From Octopus sinensis (Eukaryota), in NCBI RefSeq assembly GCF_006345805.1, contig NC_043019.1:12957360-13021359 (forward strand): a stretch of 64,000 bases of DNA. The letters are read 5' to 3'. Shown here piece by piece: positions 37,565-50,359 of the stretch (positions within the stretch are counted from its first letter, which is position 1; every line of letters starts with the position of its first letter). The translations under genes were made by a program, and so were the position numbers. Under the pieces are notes generated by a model. That model was given only the letters and a program-made list of their open reading frames with translations. It was not told the DNA's origin and did not search any database.

Positions 37565-37687
37565 CCAAAACATCGGAAAATATGTTCCAAGGTTTCAACG
37601 AAGAAGAGGAAAATCTTTGATTCCACAAAGCAACGAGCTGAGGCCCTAAACCTAACTACAAATCAAGTGAAACAAAATTTGAAAAAG
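37565..37687 (+). CDS. ZC2HC1A: ZC2HC1A-like exon 3 (PKHRKICSKVSTKKRKIFDSTKQRAEALNLTTNQVKQNLKK)
   Basis: tttcAG/GTaaat, 123 nt, phase 0-0; matches KKHGPICQKTATKKRKTFDSSRQRAEG. Confidence 0.95.
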
Positions 37688-37851
37688 GTAAATAAACTGA
37701 GATCGAATTGTTGGACACTGAGAGGTTTGGTGATTTGGTGGCCGTATGATTAAATGGTTGGTGTACTGGTTTGATAGAGGGTAACCTTCTAGGTGCAATC
37801 CTATCGTCATTCATGAGGGGATCTTTACCAATATATATATATATATATATA

Positions 37852-38252
37852 TACTCTTTTTACTCTTTTACTTGTTTCAGTCATTTGACTGCGGCCATGC
37901 TGGAGCACCGCCTTTAGTCGAACAAATCGACCCCGGGACTTATCCTTTGTAAGCCCAGTACTTATTCTATCGGTCTCTTTTGCCGAACCGCTAAGTGACA
38001 GGGACGTAAACACACCAGCATCGGTTGTCAAGCAATGCTAGGGGGACAAACACAGACACACAGACATATACACACACACATATATATACGACAGGCTTCT
38101 TTCAGTTTCCGTCTACCAAATCCACTCACAAGGCATTGGTCGGCCCGGGGCTATAGCAGAAGACACTTGCCCAAGATGCCACGCAGTGGGACTGAACCCG
38201 GAACCATGTGGTTGGTTAGCAAGCTACTTACCACACAGCCACTCCTGCGCCT
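37852..38252 (-). mobile_element. SINE family A
   Basis: Reverse copy. Confidence 0.85.
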
Positions 38253-38262
38253 ATATATATAT

Positions 38263-38305
<43 letters not shown>

Positions 38306-38419
38306 CCTGCTCGCTTAGCCAGCTGGGTGGCGTCATTTGAAGGCTAAAACAGTGTGAAGCGCATTGTGACCACCGATGTGTAGCAACATCTGATAGCCTG
38401 GTCGGTCACGGTGATCCCG

Positions 38420-38454
<35 letters not shown>

Positions 38455-38461
<7 letters not shown>

Positions 38462-38640
38462 GGGAAGCTTTACGAAAATAAACAAAAGACGAAGGCAGGT
38501 GGAGTACAAACAAACAATTGTATTAGTATGGCGCTCAGGAATAGAAATAAAACAAGTCTTTTACATTTCGAGCCTACGCTCTTCAACAGAAAGATACACA
38601 GAAAAGAAACATGGAGAGAAACAAGGAGAGAAAAAACACA
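38455..38640 (-). mobile_element. Penelope-like terminal fragment (family also at 44270, 51540 and 55040)
   Basis: ctgttgaagagcgtaggctcgaaa hammerhead-like motif. Confidence 0.55.
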
Positions 38641-38644
38641 CACA

Positions 38645-38841
38645 CAAGGGGGTGCCTTGGGTAAAAGAAAATACAGGAGAATCAGTTAGTTATGATTTTA
38701 TTTAACATATTCCCCTCTCAGATTTACACACTTATTGTAACTGTCCTTCAGTTTTTCTTAGCCCTCTAAAGGAACCCGGAAGATTGGGCTTTCAACCAGG
38801 GTTTTCATGATACCCTTAAAGCCAGGATCTGTTCAGAACCC

Positions 38842-38845
<4 letters not shown>
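38645..38845. mobile_element. Mariner deletion-derivative MITE
   Basis: Same family as 55193-55408. Confidence 0.65.
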
Positions 38846-38876
<31 letters not shown>

Positions 38877-38913
38877 AATGAAATAAAATGAAAAACAGGA
38901 CACAAAGGATGTC

Positions 38914-39006
38914 GTGGTACACATGTTTCGAACTTTATAAAACAACTTATTCTTACATCAATGCATAATCGACATAACAGATAGTTCAAAAGCCCTCTTC
39001 AGCCGC
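38914..39006 (-). ncRNA. Type I hammerhead ribozyme motif, canonical core, slightly decayed stems
   Basis: gcgg-CTGAAGA-gggcttt...aaagttc-GAAA-catgtgt-A-ccac. Confidence 0.55.
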
Positions 39007-40394
39007 ATGCAATTGCTACGCCAAAGACTTGTATCACATTATAAAAGGTTTGAGAAAAAACATTTGGTATTGTTTATAATGGTAGGTAAACCGAGTATCA
39101 CTGGGAAAGTATGTTTGTAAATCTTCATAATCAAATAGGTGTACAGGGTATTATTGGACTCCAAAAAATCGTCCATATATATATATTATATTTCATTTTT
39201 GGATTTGGTTTGAAAGATTCTTTATATGAGTTCGTGTGTTGAAGCATATTCTGTTGTGTCTGGGGAGAGTCGTTTTCTTTTTGTGCCTTATAATGTAACA
39301 CACTCACCGGTAAAATTTCCACTTATTTCCTATTTTTATTTTCCTAAAATTTTTGTTGCGTCTTGCAACCTTTTGAGAGTCAAGGCTATTGAAAAGGTTG
39401 CAAGACACAACGAAAATTTTAGGAAAACAAAAATAAGAAAGAAGTGGAGATAGGGAATGACATAGGGTGGGGTGGGGAATTGTTACTGGTACTTTGAGAA
39501 TGTTATTGCATAATTTGTAACTTAGCAGTTTAGCAAAAGAGACCGATAGAATAAGTACTAGGTTTACAAAATAAGTTCTGAGGTTGGTTTGTTCCACTAA
39601 AGATGGTGCTCCAGCATGGTCGTGGTCAAATGACTGAAACAGGTAAAAGAGTATACACACACACACCACACACACACACACGCGCACACATACACTAACA
39701 CAAACAATAAATTCTTTAAGACAGGAAGTTTGATATAGAAGTGGAAGTCTGAGGCAAGATGGTATGAAAAGGGTCAAATTTCCCTCCTCCTCTTCTTAAA
39801 TTTCCTTCCCAGTGAGGCAGAAGGATGTTTCTACTGATTAATGTTGTACAATACACATGCACTGACTGCTGCGGTGGGGGTGAAATGAGATCGGAGGAAA
39901 GGGTGAATCACTTCAGCCCCTCCGTCTCCCACTACTTATACTGGAAATAAAGTTACATAAGAATTTGTAGGGGAAGGGGAAAAATGTATTTAACTTCTGT
40001 TACTCCAATTCCTTTATCTAAGGCCCCATTCCCTTTTCGAATAATATTCCCCCAAAAAAACCTACCTTGCCCTGCTCTATTAGTTACCTCCCTTCCCACC
40101 AACTCTTCATAGTTATCTGTTGAAAGACAGAGAGAGAAAGAGAGAAGGAGAAGATGATAAAAAAAAAACAAGGGGGAGAGCGAACACATGAGAGAAATAA
40201 GGGGGGAACTTATAAATGGGTTTTCTTTAAGACATTTCTGAGAGATTCTTTCTAAATAAACTGCAGCTGACAGCTGTTCCTTGTTATTATCAGCGGAAAT
40301 GTTAACATCTTGTTGAATTTATCAAATAATTATCTTTTAGTAAAACCAAGCTGGCACCTTAAATATTATTTTACAAATCTGAAACAGTTGTAGT

Positions 40395-40785
40395 TGCAGG
40401 AGTGGCTGTGTGCTAAGTAGCTTGCATACCAACCACATGGTTCCGGGTTCAGTCCCACTGTGTGGCATCTTGGGCAAGTGTCTTCTGCTATAGCCCCGGG
40501 CCGAGTGGATTGGTAGACGGAAACTGAAAGAAGCCCGTCGTATATATGTATATATATATATGCACGTGTGTGTTTGTGTGTCTGTGTTTGTCCCCCTAGC
40601 ATTGCTTGACAACCGATGCTGGTGTGTTTATGTCCCCGTAACTTAGCGGTTCGGCAAAAGAGACCGATAGAATAAGTACTGGGCTTATAAAAGAATAAGT
40701 CCTGGGGTCGAGTTGCTCGATTAAAGGCAGTGCTCCAGCATGGCCGCAGTCAAACGACTGAAACAAGTAAAAGAGTAAAAAGAGA
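40395..40785 (+). mobile_element. SINE family A
   Basis: Forward copy. Confidence 0.8.
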
Positions 40786-41623
40786 GTTGTAGGTGCAGGC
40801 ATGGCTGTGTGGTTGAGGAGCTAAGTTTGAAATCACATGGTTTTGGGTTCAATCCCATTGTGCAGCATCTTGGGCAAGTGCTTTTTGCTATAGCCCTGGG
40901 GCCAACCGATGTCATGTGGGTGAATTTGGTAGATGGAAACTCTGTGGAAAATCATTGTGTGTGTGTTTGTTCCAATCATCACTTGACAACCAGTGTTGGT
41001 TTGTTTATGTCCCTGTCATTAGAAAAAGTATTAGACTTCAAAAAAATTATTAGAGCAGATTTGTTTGATTAAAACCATTCAAGGTGGTGTTCCAGCATGG
41101 TCGCAGTCTGGTGACTGAAGCAAGTACAAGACAAAAGATATGTTGTTGCTGTTGTTGTTGTTGATTCTGTTAGCCTCCAAGTGAAGGTATTCCAGTCGTG
41201 ACCATCCCATCTGATCCAGTTTTCAACAACAACAAAAACAACACTGATCTGTTCTTCATTAAGATCTCGATTTATTATTTACTCTTTTACTTGTTTCAGT
41301 CATTTGACTGCGGCCATGCTGGAGCACCACCTTCAGTCAAGCAAATCGACCCCCCCAGGACTTATTCTTTGTAAGCCTAGTACTTATTCTATCGGTCTAT
41401 TTTGCTAAACCGCTAAGTTACAGGAATGTAAACAAACCAGCATTTGTTGTGAAGCGATGTAGGGGGGACAAACACAGACACACAATTACACACACACATG
41501 CACACACATGACTGTCCCTACAACCTTCTTAAAAAAACTTTTTACCCGATCTTATTTTTTATTTATTTATTATTTATAATTTTTATTTCGTTAATTTTTT
41601 TTATTCGGTTATTTTTTATTGAT

Positions 41624-42017
41624 TTACTCTTTTACTTGTTTCAGTCATTTGACTGCGGCCATGCTGGAGCACCGCCTTTAGTCGAGCAACTCGACCTCGG
41701 GACTTATTCTTTGTAAGCCCAGTACTTATTCTATCGGTCTCTTTTTGCTGAACCGCTAAGTGACGGGGACATAAACACACCAGCATCGGTTGTCAAACAA
41801 TGCTAGGGGGACAAACACAGACACACAAACACACACATATATATATACATATATACGACAGGCTTCTTTCAGTTTCCTTCTACCAAATCCACTCACAAGG
41901 CATTGGTCGGCCCGAGGCTATAGTAGAAGACACTTGCCCAAGATGCCACGCAGTGGGACTGAACCTGGAACCATGTGGTTGGTTAGCAAGCTACTTACCA
42001 CACAGCCACTCCTGCGC
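41624..42017 (-). mobile_element. SINE family A
   Basis: Reverse copy. Confidence 0.85.
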
Positions 42018-42527
42018 TTGATTTATTCAAAATTTTTTTTAACTATCTCTCTTATTATTTTATTTGTTTATTTTAACTTTTTTTTAATTTTTAAAATTCA
42101 AAACAAATTTTTTATTTCATTGTTATTCTTTTAATTTATTTCTGTTACTGATTTGTTCACATAGTCTCTTTTCCTTTATGTTTTTATTTTACCAATTCTC
42201 ATTTATTATTTATCATTTATTTTTATTTTTAATTGTATTAATTTTTATATTTTATATTCCCATACCACACACCACACACGCATGAATGCACATCCACCCA
42301 TTCATCCACTCTTCAGACTGCCCTTCACACACCCTTCAGACTGCCCTGACTCTCTATTGACCATTCCATCTACTCAGACATGCTAAAATACAAATACACA
42401 CACACACACACACACTTTGTCTGTTTCCTCCTTTACACTTAATAAGGTAAAAACAAGCCAAAAAATAAGGTAAAAATAATCTCTAATTCGAGCCTACTCT
42501 AAGCTACTAAGAGTGCATTTATATACC

Positions 42528-42752
42528 TATTTCTTTACTACCCACAAGAGGCTAAACACAGAGGGGATAAACAAGGACAGACAAACGGATTAAGTCAATT
42601 ATATCGACCCCAGTGCGTAACTGGTACTTATTTAATCGACCCCGAAAGGATGAAAGGCAAAGTCGACCTTGGCGGAATTTGAACCCAGAACGTAGTAGCA
42701 GACAAAATACCACTAAGCATTTCGCCCGGTGTGCTAACGATTCTGCCGGCTC
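42528..42752 (-). mobile_element. SINE family B with a 16-bp TSD
   Basis: agtgcatttatatacc at 42512-42527 and again at 42753-42768. Confidence 0.85.
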
Positions 42753-42764
42753 AGTGCATTTATA

Positions 42765-42837
42765 TACCGGCTAGCTCAGTCGGTAGAGCACAAGACTTTT
42801 AATCTCGGGGTCGTGGGTTCGAGCCCCACGTTGGGCG
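42765..42837 (+). pseudogene. tRNA-Lys-like pseudogene or retrocopy (Lys-CTT-type body, TTT anticodon)
   Basis: ccggctagctcagtcggtagagca...ggttcgagccccacgttgggcg; first two bases non-pairing, anticodon-stem mismatch; followed by a retroposon-like tail. Confidence 0.8.
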
Positions 42838-43035
42838 CAGTATTTTTCAGCGGTGGTGCCCCAGCATGGCCGCGGCCTTCGGGCTGAAGCGTTTTTAAGG
42901 ATTTAAGGATATAGTGACTAATAAATTACAAAGAACAGTGCTCCAGCATGGCCACTGTCCCTGTATAGAAACCGCTGAAAAAACATCTAAAGCATTGATG
43001 GGAAAAGAAAAACATCTTTTCTTTCTTTATGTCAG

Positions 43036-43174
43036 GAAATTCCAATACCTAAGTCCAACTGGAGAGCCAAACACGAAGACTTTATTAATTCCATCCGCAA
43101 TGCAAAGAAGGTGACCCAGGCTTTGGCTGAGGGAAAGCCTCTTCCGCCTCCTCCACCTCCATTAGCTAATGCAG
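43036..43174 (+). CDS. ZC2HC1A: ZC2HC1A-like exon 4 (EIPIPKSNWRAKHEDFINSIRNAKKVTQALAEGKPLPPPPPPLANA)
   Basis: tgtcAG/GTaaga, phase 0-1; matches SNWRRKHEEFIATIRAAK...LPPPPPPS. Not in the ORF track. Confidence 0.95.
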
Positions 43175-43206
43175 GTAAGATGATATTGAAATTTTGAATA
43201 CTTATA

Positions 43207-43697
<491 letters not shown>

Positions 43698-43985
43698 ATT
43701 GGGTGGTTGATTTTCAAAACAATGGTGTAATATTTGTTGCCAGCTGAGTGTTTGGGTCAAGGGTTGAAAATTACCAATAAGGTATTTATATACATATACA
43801 TACATATACATACATGTGTATAATTCATAGCTATTTAATGCTATTGCGCCTGCGATCCACCTATGTCACTGCTGGTGATATCATCAATTTTTTAATTTAT
43901 CCACAGATGATGTGAACAGTATTGACATCTGATTTCAAACCTCAGTGTTTGAATGTTTTGCTTATATATATATATATATAGATAG

Positions 43986-44216
43986 GCTGGACACGTTGCC
44001 CGGCTCACCAATAACCGGTGGACGCACGCAGTTGTCGAGTGGTACCCGCGTGAGCGGAAAAGACCACCCGGAAGACCTCCACGACGGTGGAGTAACGATT
44101 TCAAGAGGACGATTGGGATCACGTGGATGAGAAAGGCGCGATCCAGAGAGGAGTGGACAGCGTGCTGTGACCAGCGGTGTCAAATAGACGCCTGACGGAC
44201 TGGTCGGTCAAAGTGA
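43986..44216 (+). mobile_element. RTE-clade LINE 3' end
   Basis: AGHVARLTNNRWTHAVVEWYPRERKRPPGRPPRRWSNDF...W, typical RTE ORF C-terminus; stop at 44195; short tail. Confidence 0.85.
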
Positions 44217-44982
44217 TATATATATATATATATATATATGCATGTATGTATGCATATATGTAAGTGTATATATAGTTGGAATTTACAAAAGACAAAGACA
44301 GGTGTGTTAACAACAAACAGGTGTATTAATTTATTGCTCAGGAAGGTGAGAAAGTCTTTTATGTTTCGAGCCTACGCTCTTCAACAGAAAGGAACATGAG
44401 AAAATAAACAGAGAGAGAATAAAAATAAGTGTGTGTGTGTGCGTGTGTATATATATATATATATATATATATTATGAAACTTGAGGATCTAGCAACGATT
44501 TTGCTTGTATACAAGAAAGCAGCTACTGTATATGTGTGTATTGTGTGTGTGTATATATATATATATTTTTTTTTTTTGTACTTGTTTCAGTCATTTGACT
44601 GCGGCCATGCTGGAGCACCGCCTTTAGAGTGGTGAAAGAGTACAGCAGGGATCACCACCATCCCCTGCCGGAGCCTCGTGGAGCTTTTAGGTGTTTTCGC
44701 TCAATAAACACACACAACGCCCGGTCTGGGAATCGAAACCGCGATCCTCCGACCGCAAGTCCGCTGCCCTAACCACTGCCCTAACCATATATATATATAT
44801 AAATTTATATAAATATGGATAAGATCGTTAATTTAAAATAAAATAACGATTTTATCAAGTGGCCAGCATGGAAAAAATAACCTTCAAAGGTAATAATTAT
44901 TAAAATTATAAATTAGGGTATCTATGAGATACCCTAATTTATAATTAGGGAAATTAGGGTATCTCGTAGATACCCTAATTAA

Positions 44983-45035
<53 letters not shown>

Positions 45036-45116
45036 AATGTAGGATAAAATTTTTTCGAAAAAAAATTTTATTGATGGCCAGCATATTAAAAAATACCTTT
45101 AAAGGTTAAACTATAA

Positions 45117-45395
45117 ACAACTTATAAATAAGGGCAAATGAAAAAATTTCTAATGCCAAATATGCTGAAAATTAGACATATTGTCCATTTACCATATAAT
45201 TTTTTTCTCAGTACGCATGCTACTCGAAAAAAGGTCGACAGAAATCTCTAAAAAAGAGATTTAAGAGATTTCTGTCAACCTTTTTCGAGTAGCGTGCGTA
45301 CTGAGAAAAAAATTATATGGTAAATGGACAATATGTCCAATTTTCGGCATATTTGGCATTAGAAATTTTTTCGTTTGCCCTTATTTATAAGTTGT
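45117..45395. repeat. Palindrome, about 133-bp arms, 14-nt spacer
   Basis: acaacttataaataagggcaaa...gaaatctct / agagatttc...cttatttataagttgt, few mismatches. Confidence 0.9.
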
Positions 45396-45750
45396 ATATA
45401 TCATCATCATCATCATCATCGTTTAGCGTCCGTTTTATATATATATATATATTTGTATGTATATATGACCATGCGTGTGTGTGTGCATGTTTGTGGAAAT
45501 TATTATTTTAAGGTTGAAATTGAGCAAGGTGCTGATTAAATGTTTCTGTATTTATTTATTGCTGTGACCAATGATCCCCTGGGTGTATGATGGGAGAGGC
45601 AGAGTGACTGGCTTTCAGGGACTATTACAGCCTCTGGCAAATTTCTATAAGGGAGTCAGTTTGAATGAATGGATTTTAAGAACCAAGGAAATGAGAGGAA
45701 ACGAAAAGATGGAAGATGTGAAATGAGTTTACTTTTTTATTTGCTTCTAG

Positions 45751-45881
45751 ATTATATCCAATGTGAATTTTGTGAGAGAAGGTTCAACAAGGCTGCTGCT
45801 GAAAGACACATCAATTTCTGCAGAGAACAACACCAAAGAATAAAATCTAAACCTGCTCCTAAGAATAAAATTAAATCACAG
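45751..45881 (+). CDS. ZC2HC1A: ZC2HC1A-like exon 5 (DYIQCEFCERRFNKAAAERHINFCREQHQRIKSKPAPKNKIKSQ), C2HC finger 2
   Basis: ttctAG/GTgaga, phase 1-0; matches DYIQCPYCQRRFNENAADRHINFCKEQ. Confidence 0.96.
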
Positions 45882-45890
45882 GTGAGAAAA

Positions 45891-46401
45891 TCTCTCTATA
45901 TATAAACGGCAAAATGTCTGTGTGTGTGTGTGTGTGTCCTTTATACAAATCCACAATTTTTCAGTTAGAGAGCTCACACTTTCTATGGTCATTCTAAACC
46001 ATCCAAGGGTGATTGTGAAGATCTTTTCATTTCCCAGTTACCCCTGAAAGCCATTTTAAAAAAATCGATAAACTGATGACCCCTTATGTTTCAGGTAACA
46101 ACAGTCTTATATCTATAAATGGCAAAATATCTGTTTTTTGATTGGACGGAGATAATTTTACACCTGACAGTTGGATGCAAGTGCGCATTTGCAGACAGTC
46201 TCTATGACTCTGCACATTTTGGTGTTTTGCGAAGACATGTCATGTATTTTGGCTTTCAAACGTGCACGCTTTTTTGATTTGAGAAATGCAGGAAATAATT
46301 AACGAGTTAGATAAAGTAGATGGCAAGAGAGAGGGATTTTCATGAAAGACCAAATATGCTGGACTAGCACTAGGCCCGACAACGCCGGGTCATAGTGCCA
46401 G
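45891..46401 (+). mobile_element. Non-autonomous Helitron next to the exon 5 donor
   Basis: A|TCTCTCTATATATAAACGG start; cccg..cggg hairpin; CCAG|T end. Confidence 0.7.
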
Positions 46402-46418
46402 TAAATAATAATCAACGA

Positions 46419-46905
46419 CTGCCGGGTGCCAGTCATAGGATTGGTTCAAAATCGGAATCGAAATTGAACCAATCCTATGACTGGCACCCGGCAGATGCCA
46501 GGACCCCTGGACTGGAGATACGTAAAAAGCACTATCCGAATTGTGGCTGATGCCAGCGCCGCCTCAACTGGCTTCCGTGTCGGTGGCATGTAAAAAGCAC
46601 CATCCGAATCGTGGCCAAAGCCAGTGCCGCCTCGACTAGCTTCCGCGCCGGTGGCACGTAAAATGCACCAATCTGACCGTGACCGATGCCAGCCTCGCCT
46701 GGCACCAGTGCAGGTGGCACGTAAAAAGCACCCACTACACTCACGGAGTGGTTGGCATTAGGAAGGGCATCCAGCTGTAGAAACATTGCCAGATAAGACC
46801 GGAGCCTGGTGTAGCCTCCTGGCTTCCCAGATCCCCGGTCGAACCGTCCAACCCATGCTAGCATGGAGAACGGACGTTAAACGATGATGATGATGATGAT
46901 GATAA
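46419..46905 (+). mobile_element. SINE-like family D with a 5' foldback
   Basis: 31-bp inverted arms at 46419-46494, tandem units, (GAT)n tail. Confidence 0.75.
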
Positions 46906-47269
46906 TGATGGTTTCATGTAGCTCAATGCACTGTCAAGGTGTATTATCACCATCACCATCATTATCGTGGTCGTTGCCAGAGCGGCTAACTGGCGTTTGT
47001 GCCGGTGGCACATAAAAAGCACCATTCAAGTGGGATCGTTACCAGCGTCACCTTACTGGCGTTTGTGCTGGTGTGCAAGTGACACGTAAAAAAAAAAACA
47101 CGATTTTTTTTTCCGTGGCCGTTGCCAGTACCGCATGTAAAAGCACCCACTACACTCTCGGAAGTGGTTGGCGTTAGGAAGGGCATCCAGCTGTAGAAAC
47201 TCTGCCAGATCACAAAATCTCCATTTGGGTGATTCTCTGAGTCACCATCTCACTCTTTATATCCTATCT

Positions 47270-47342
47270 CAGTGCTTTTCAAACTTTTTGCTGGAGCGGA
47301 ACCCCTGGACTGTACTGGCGGAACCCTGGTTGAAAACCATTG
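47270..47342. mobile_element. 73-bp hAT MITE deletion derivative
   Basis: CAGTGCTTTTCAA TIR; near-TSD tcctatct/ttctatct; same family as 58239. Confidence 0.65.
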
Positions 47343-47929
47343 TTCTATCTTTTACTTGTTTCAGGCATTTGACCGGTGTCATCCTGGGGCACTGCCTTAG
47401 TTGAAGGCATCGAACTCCAGTACTTATTTTTGTTTTTGGTGCTTGTTCTATTGGTCTCTTTTGCTGAACTGCTAAGTTACAGGGACATAAACACTCCAGC
47501 ACTCATTGTCAAGCAGTTGTGGGTGGGTGGGGGCAAGCACGGACACACACACACGTTCTTTCAGTTTCTGTCTACCATCTTTATATTTGCTTATCTTATT
47601 TTAAGATGGCAGTATAAGATTTTTAAGAAAATTTGGCTGCTCTTTCTAGCACTTCGAGTGACCGTATGGAGACTCTCTCATTGGCTTGTAGATGTTGGTG
47701 ACCTTGTGTTAGGTTAGAAGCAGCCAATCAATGATGTTTTCTTTTCTTTTTTTAGTATGTATTCAATAAGTATCGCTTGTTGGTTGATTAGTAAGGCTTT
47801 GGTCATCAGCCTGAAGCTAAAGTAGAAGACACTTGCCCAAGGTGCCACGCAGTAGGAGTGAAACCCCGATCCATGTGATAGCCACACCCACGCCTATCTG
47901 TTGTAAGGTTAACCATTTACAGCTGAGTG

Positions 47930-48305
47930 GTGGCACGTAAAAAGCACCATCCGAATGTGGCCGATGCCAGCGCCACCTTGACTGGCTTCTGTGCCGGTGG
48001 CACATAAAAAGCACCATCTGAATGTGGCCGGTGCCAGGCTGCCCTGGCACCTGTGCCGGTGGCATGTAAAAAGTACCAACTGATTGTGGCTGCTTCCAGC
48101 CTCCCCAGGCACCTGTGACGGTGGCACGTAAAAAGCACCCACTACACTCATGGAGTGGTTGGCGTTAGGAAGGGCATCCAGCTGTAGAAACTCTGCCAGA
48201 TCAGACTGGAGCCTGGTGCAGCCTCCTGGCTTCCCAGACCCCAGTCGAACCATCCAACCCATGCTAGCACGGAAAACGGACGTTATACGATGATGATGAT
48301 GATGA
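47930..48305 (+). mobile_element. SINE-like family D
   Basis: Tandem units plus (GAT)n tail. Confidence 0.75.
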
Positions 48306-50112
48306 TGGCCTGGGGACAATGTGAAATGAAGTGTTTTGCTCAAGCACACAATGCACTACCTAGCCTGGGAATTGAAACCATGATCTTATAATTATGAGTA
48401 TAACACCTCTAACCACCTGGTCATACACCTTCTGCAGTGCACTAATGATTCAGCTAATTAAGTGTCCACAAGAGAAAAAAATGGGAAATATCGATTCCTT
48501 TATGGTTTACATGGAAAATATCTCTGCAAGTAGGGAGTGGCTTTGTTTAACGCTTGTTAAGGTGACCTGCATTAGTTATGATTTCATATCGTATTTGCAA
48601 ATGAATATTGATCTCTGGGCCAATAAACAATAAAACAGTGATCGGTGACAAAAATAAAACAAGTGTCCGGTAATTCCAGTTTGTTGTGTTCGAATAATAA
48701 ACATGTTCTCCTGTAAGGAAGGAAGCAAGTAGTAGTGTTTCATTAAAATATTAACGACATCTCCCAGCCAGAGCTAGAAGGCATTGTCTCAAGGTAGCTA
48801 TTGTCGTTCTGTCCCAGGTCTGTCCTGATTGGGAAGAGCTATGATCAAAGGCTTTCCAGCCATGACCATCATCATCATCATCATCATCCTGTTTCTTTAT
48901 TAGCCACAAGGGCCCAATCACAGAGTGGGGGGGACAATACAGCCTGATTGGGGGGGGGTCAGACACACAATGATTATATGACTTTTAAAATTTTACGAAA
49001 TATAATGAAATCGAATGAGATACAACAGGGACGAAATACAAACATGAGATGAAGCAGAGAGATGGCTTACGCTCCGACCCCACGAGCCCCATTCCCCTGC
49101 TGGAACCTTTATATACAGACATCTTTTGTATGTATGTATATATGGATGGATGGATAGATGAATGGATGGGTATGGTTGGATGGATGGATGGATGGATTCT
49201 TGGGTTTCATTGTCTGATTTGCTTATCTTATTTTTAAGAAGGCAGTGTGAGGTTTTTAGGAAGATTTGGCTGCTATTTCTAGCACTTCGAGTGACTACAT
49301 GGAGACTCTCTCATTGGCTTGTAGATGTTGGTGACCTTGTGTTAGGTTAGAAGCAGTCAATCAATGATGTTTTCTTTTCTTCCTTTTTAGTATGTTTTCA
49401 ATAAGTATCGCTTCTTGGTTCATTAGTAAGATTCATATTGATTTCTTTCTTAGTTTATTGACACCCAGGTGGGTGGGTTGTGACGATAAAATGGACAGGA
49501 CATTCAGAACGTGATTTCAGTAGGGTTTGAACTTACATTTGTAAAGGCATAAATAATTCTTTCTATTCTAGGCACAAAATCTTAAAAGTTTGGTGGTGGA
49601 AGGAAGAGTCAACCACCTCAGCCCCAGTGCTCAACTGGTATTTATTTTATTGCCTTACTGGCACTCGAGCCCCGTACTAGTAGGGTATTAAGAGCACCAT
49701 CCGAGCGTGATCGTTGCCAGAGTGGCTATCTGGCCTCCATGCCTGTGGCACGTAAAAGACACCATTCAACGGTGATCGTTACCAGCGTCGCCTTACTGGC
49801 ATGTGTAGAAGATTCGAGCAAAGTTGTTGCCAGTACCGCCTGACTGGCCCCGTGCCAGTGGCACGTAAAGGCACCCACTACACTCTCTGAGTGGTTGGCG
49901 TTAGGAAGGGCATCCAGCTGTAGAAACTCTGCCAGATCAAGATTGAAGCCTGGTGCAGCCATCTGGTTTGCCAGCCCTCAGTCATACGTCCAATCCATGC
50001 CAGCATGGAAAGAGGACTTTAAAGAAAATGAATGAACGAATGACCCCAAAAGGATGGAAGGCAAAGTTAACCTTGGCTATACTATATATACACATATACA
50101 CATAAACACACA

Positions 50113-50146
<34 letters not shown>

Positions 50147-50359
50147 GTGAAATAGAAAGATGAATAATCTTGTAGTAGATTAATCAAAAGTTTAACCGAT
50201 ACCTTGGTAGCAAAAATCACAGCAGTAAACAGCACGGTTGGAGGTACAACCATATGGTGTTGCAACCGTGCGTTGGTGCGGATAATTGAAATTAAAATAT
50301 TATTGGTGAATTGAAGAAATGGAGCTGAACGCAGATTGAACAGAAATCGTTTTATTTCA

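Noticed and set aside
42765-42837. Functional tRNA-Lys(UUU) gene
   Set aside because: Broken acceptor-stem pairs 1-2, an anticodon-stem mismatch, a CTT-type body and an attached retroposon tail.
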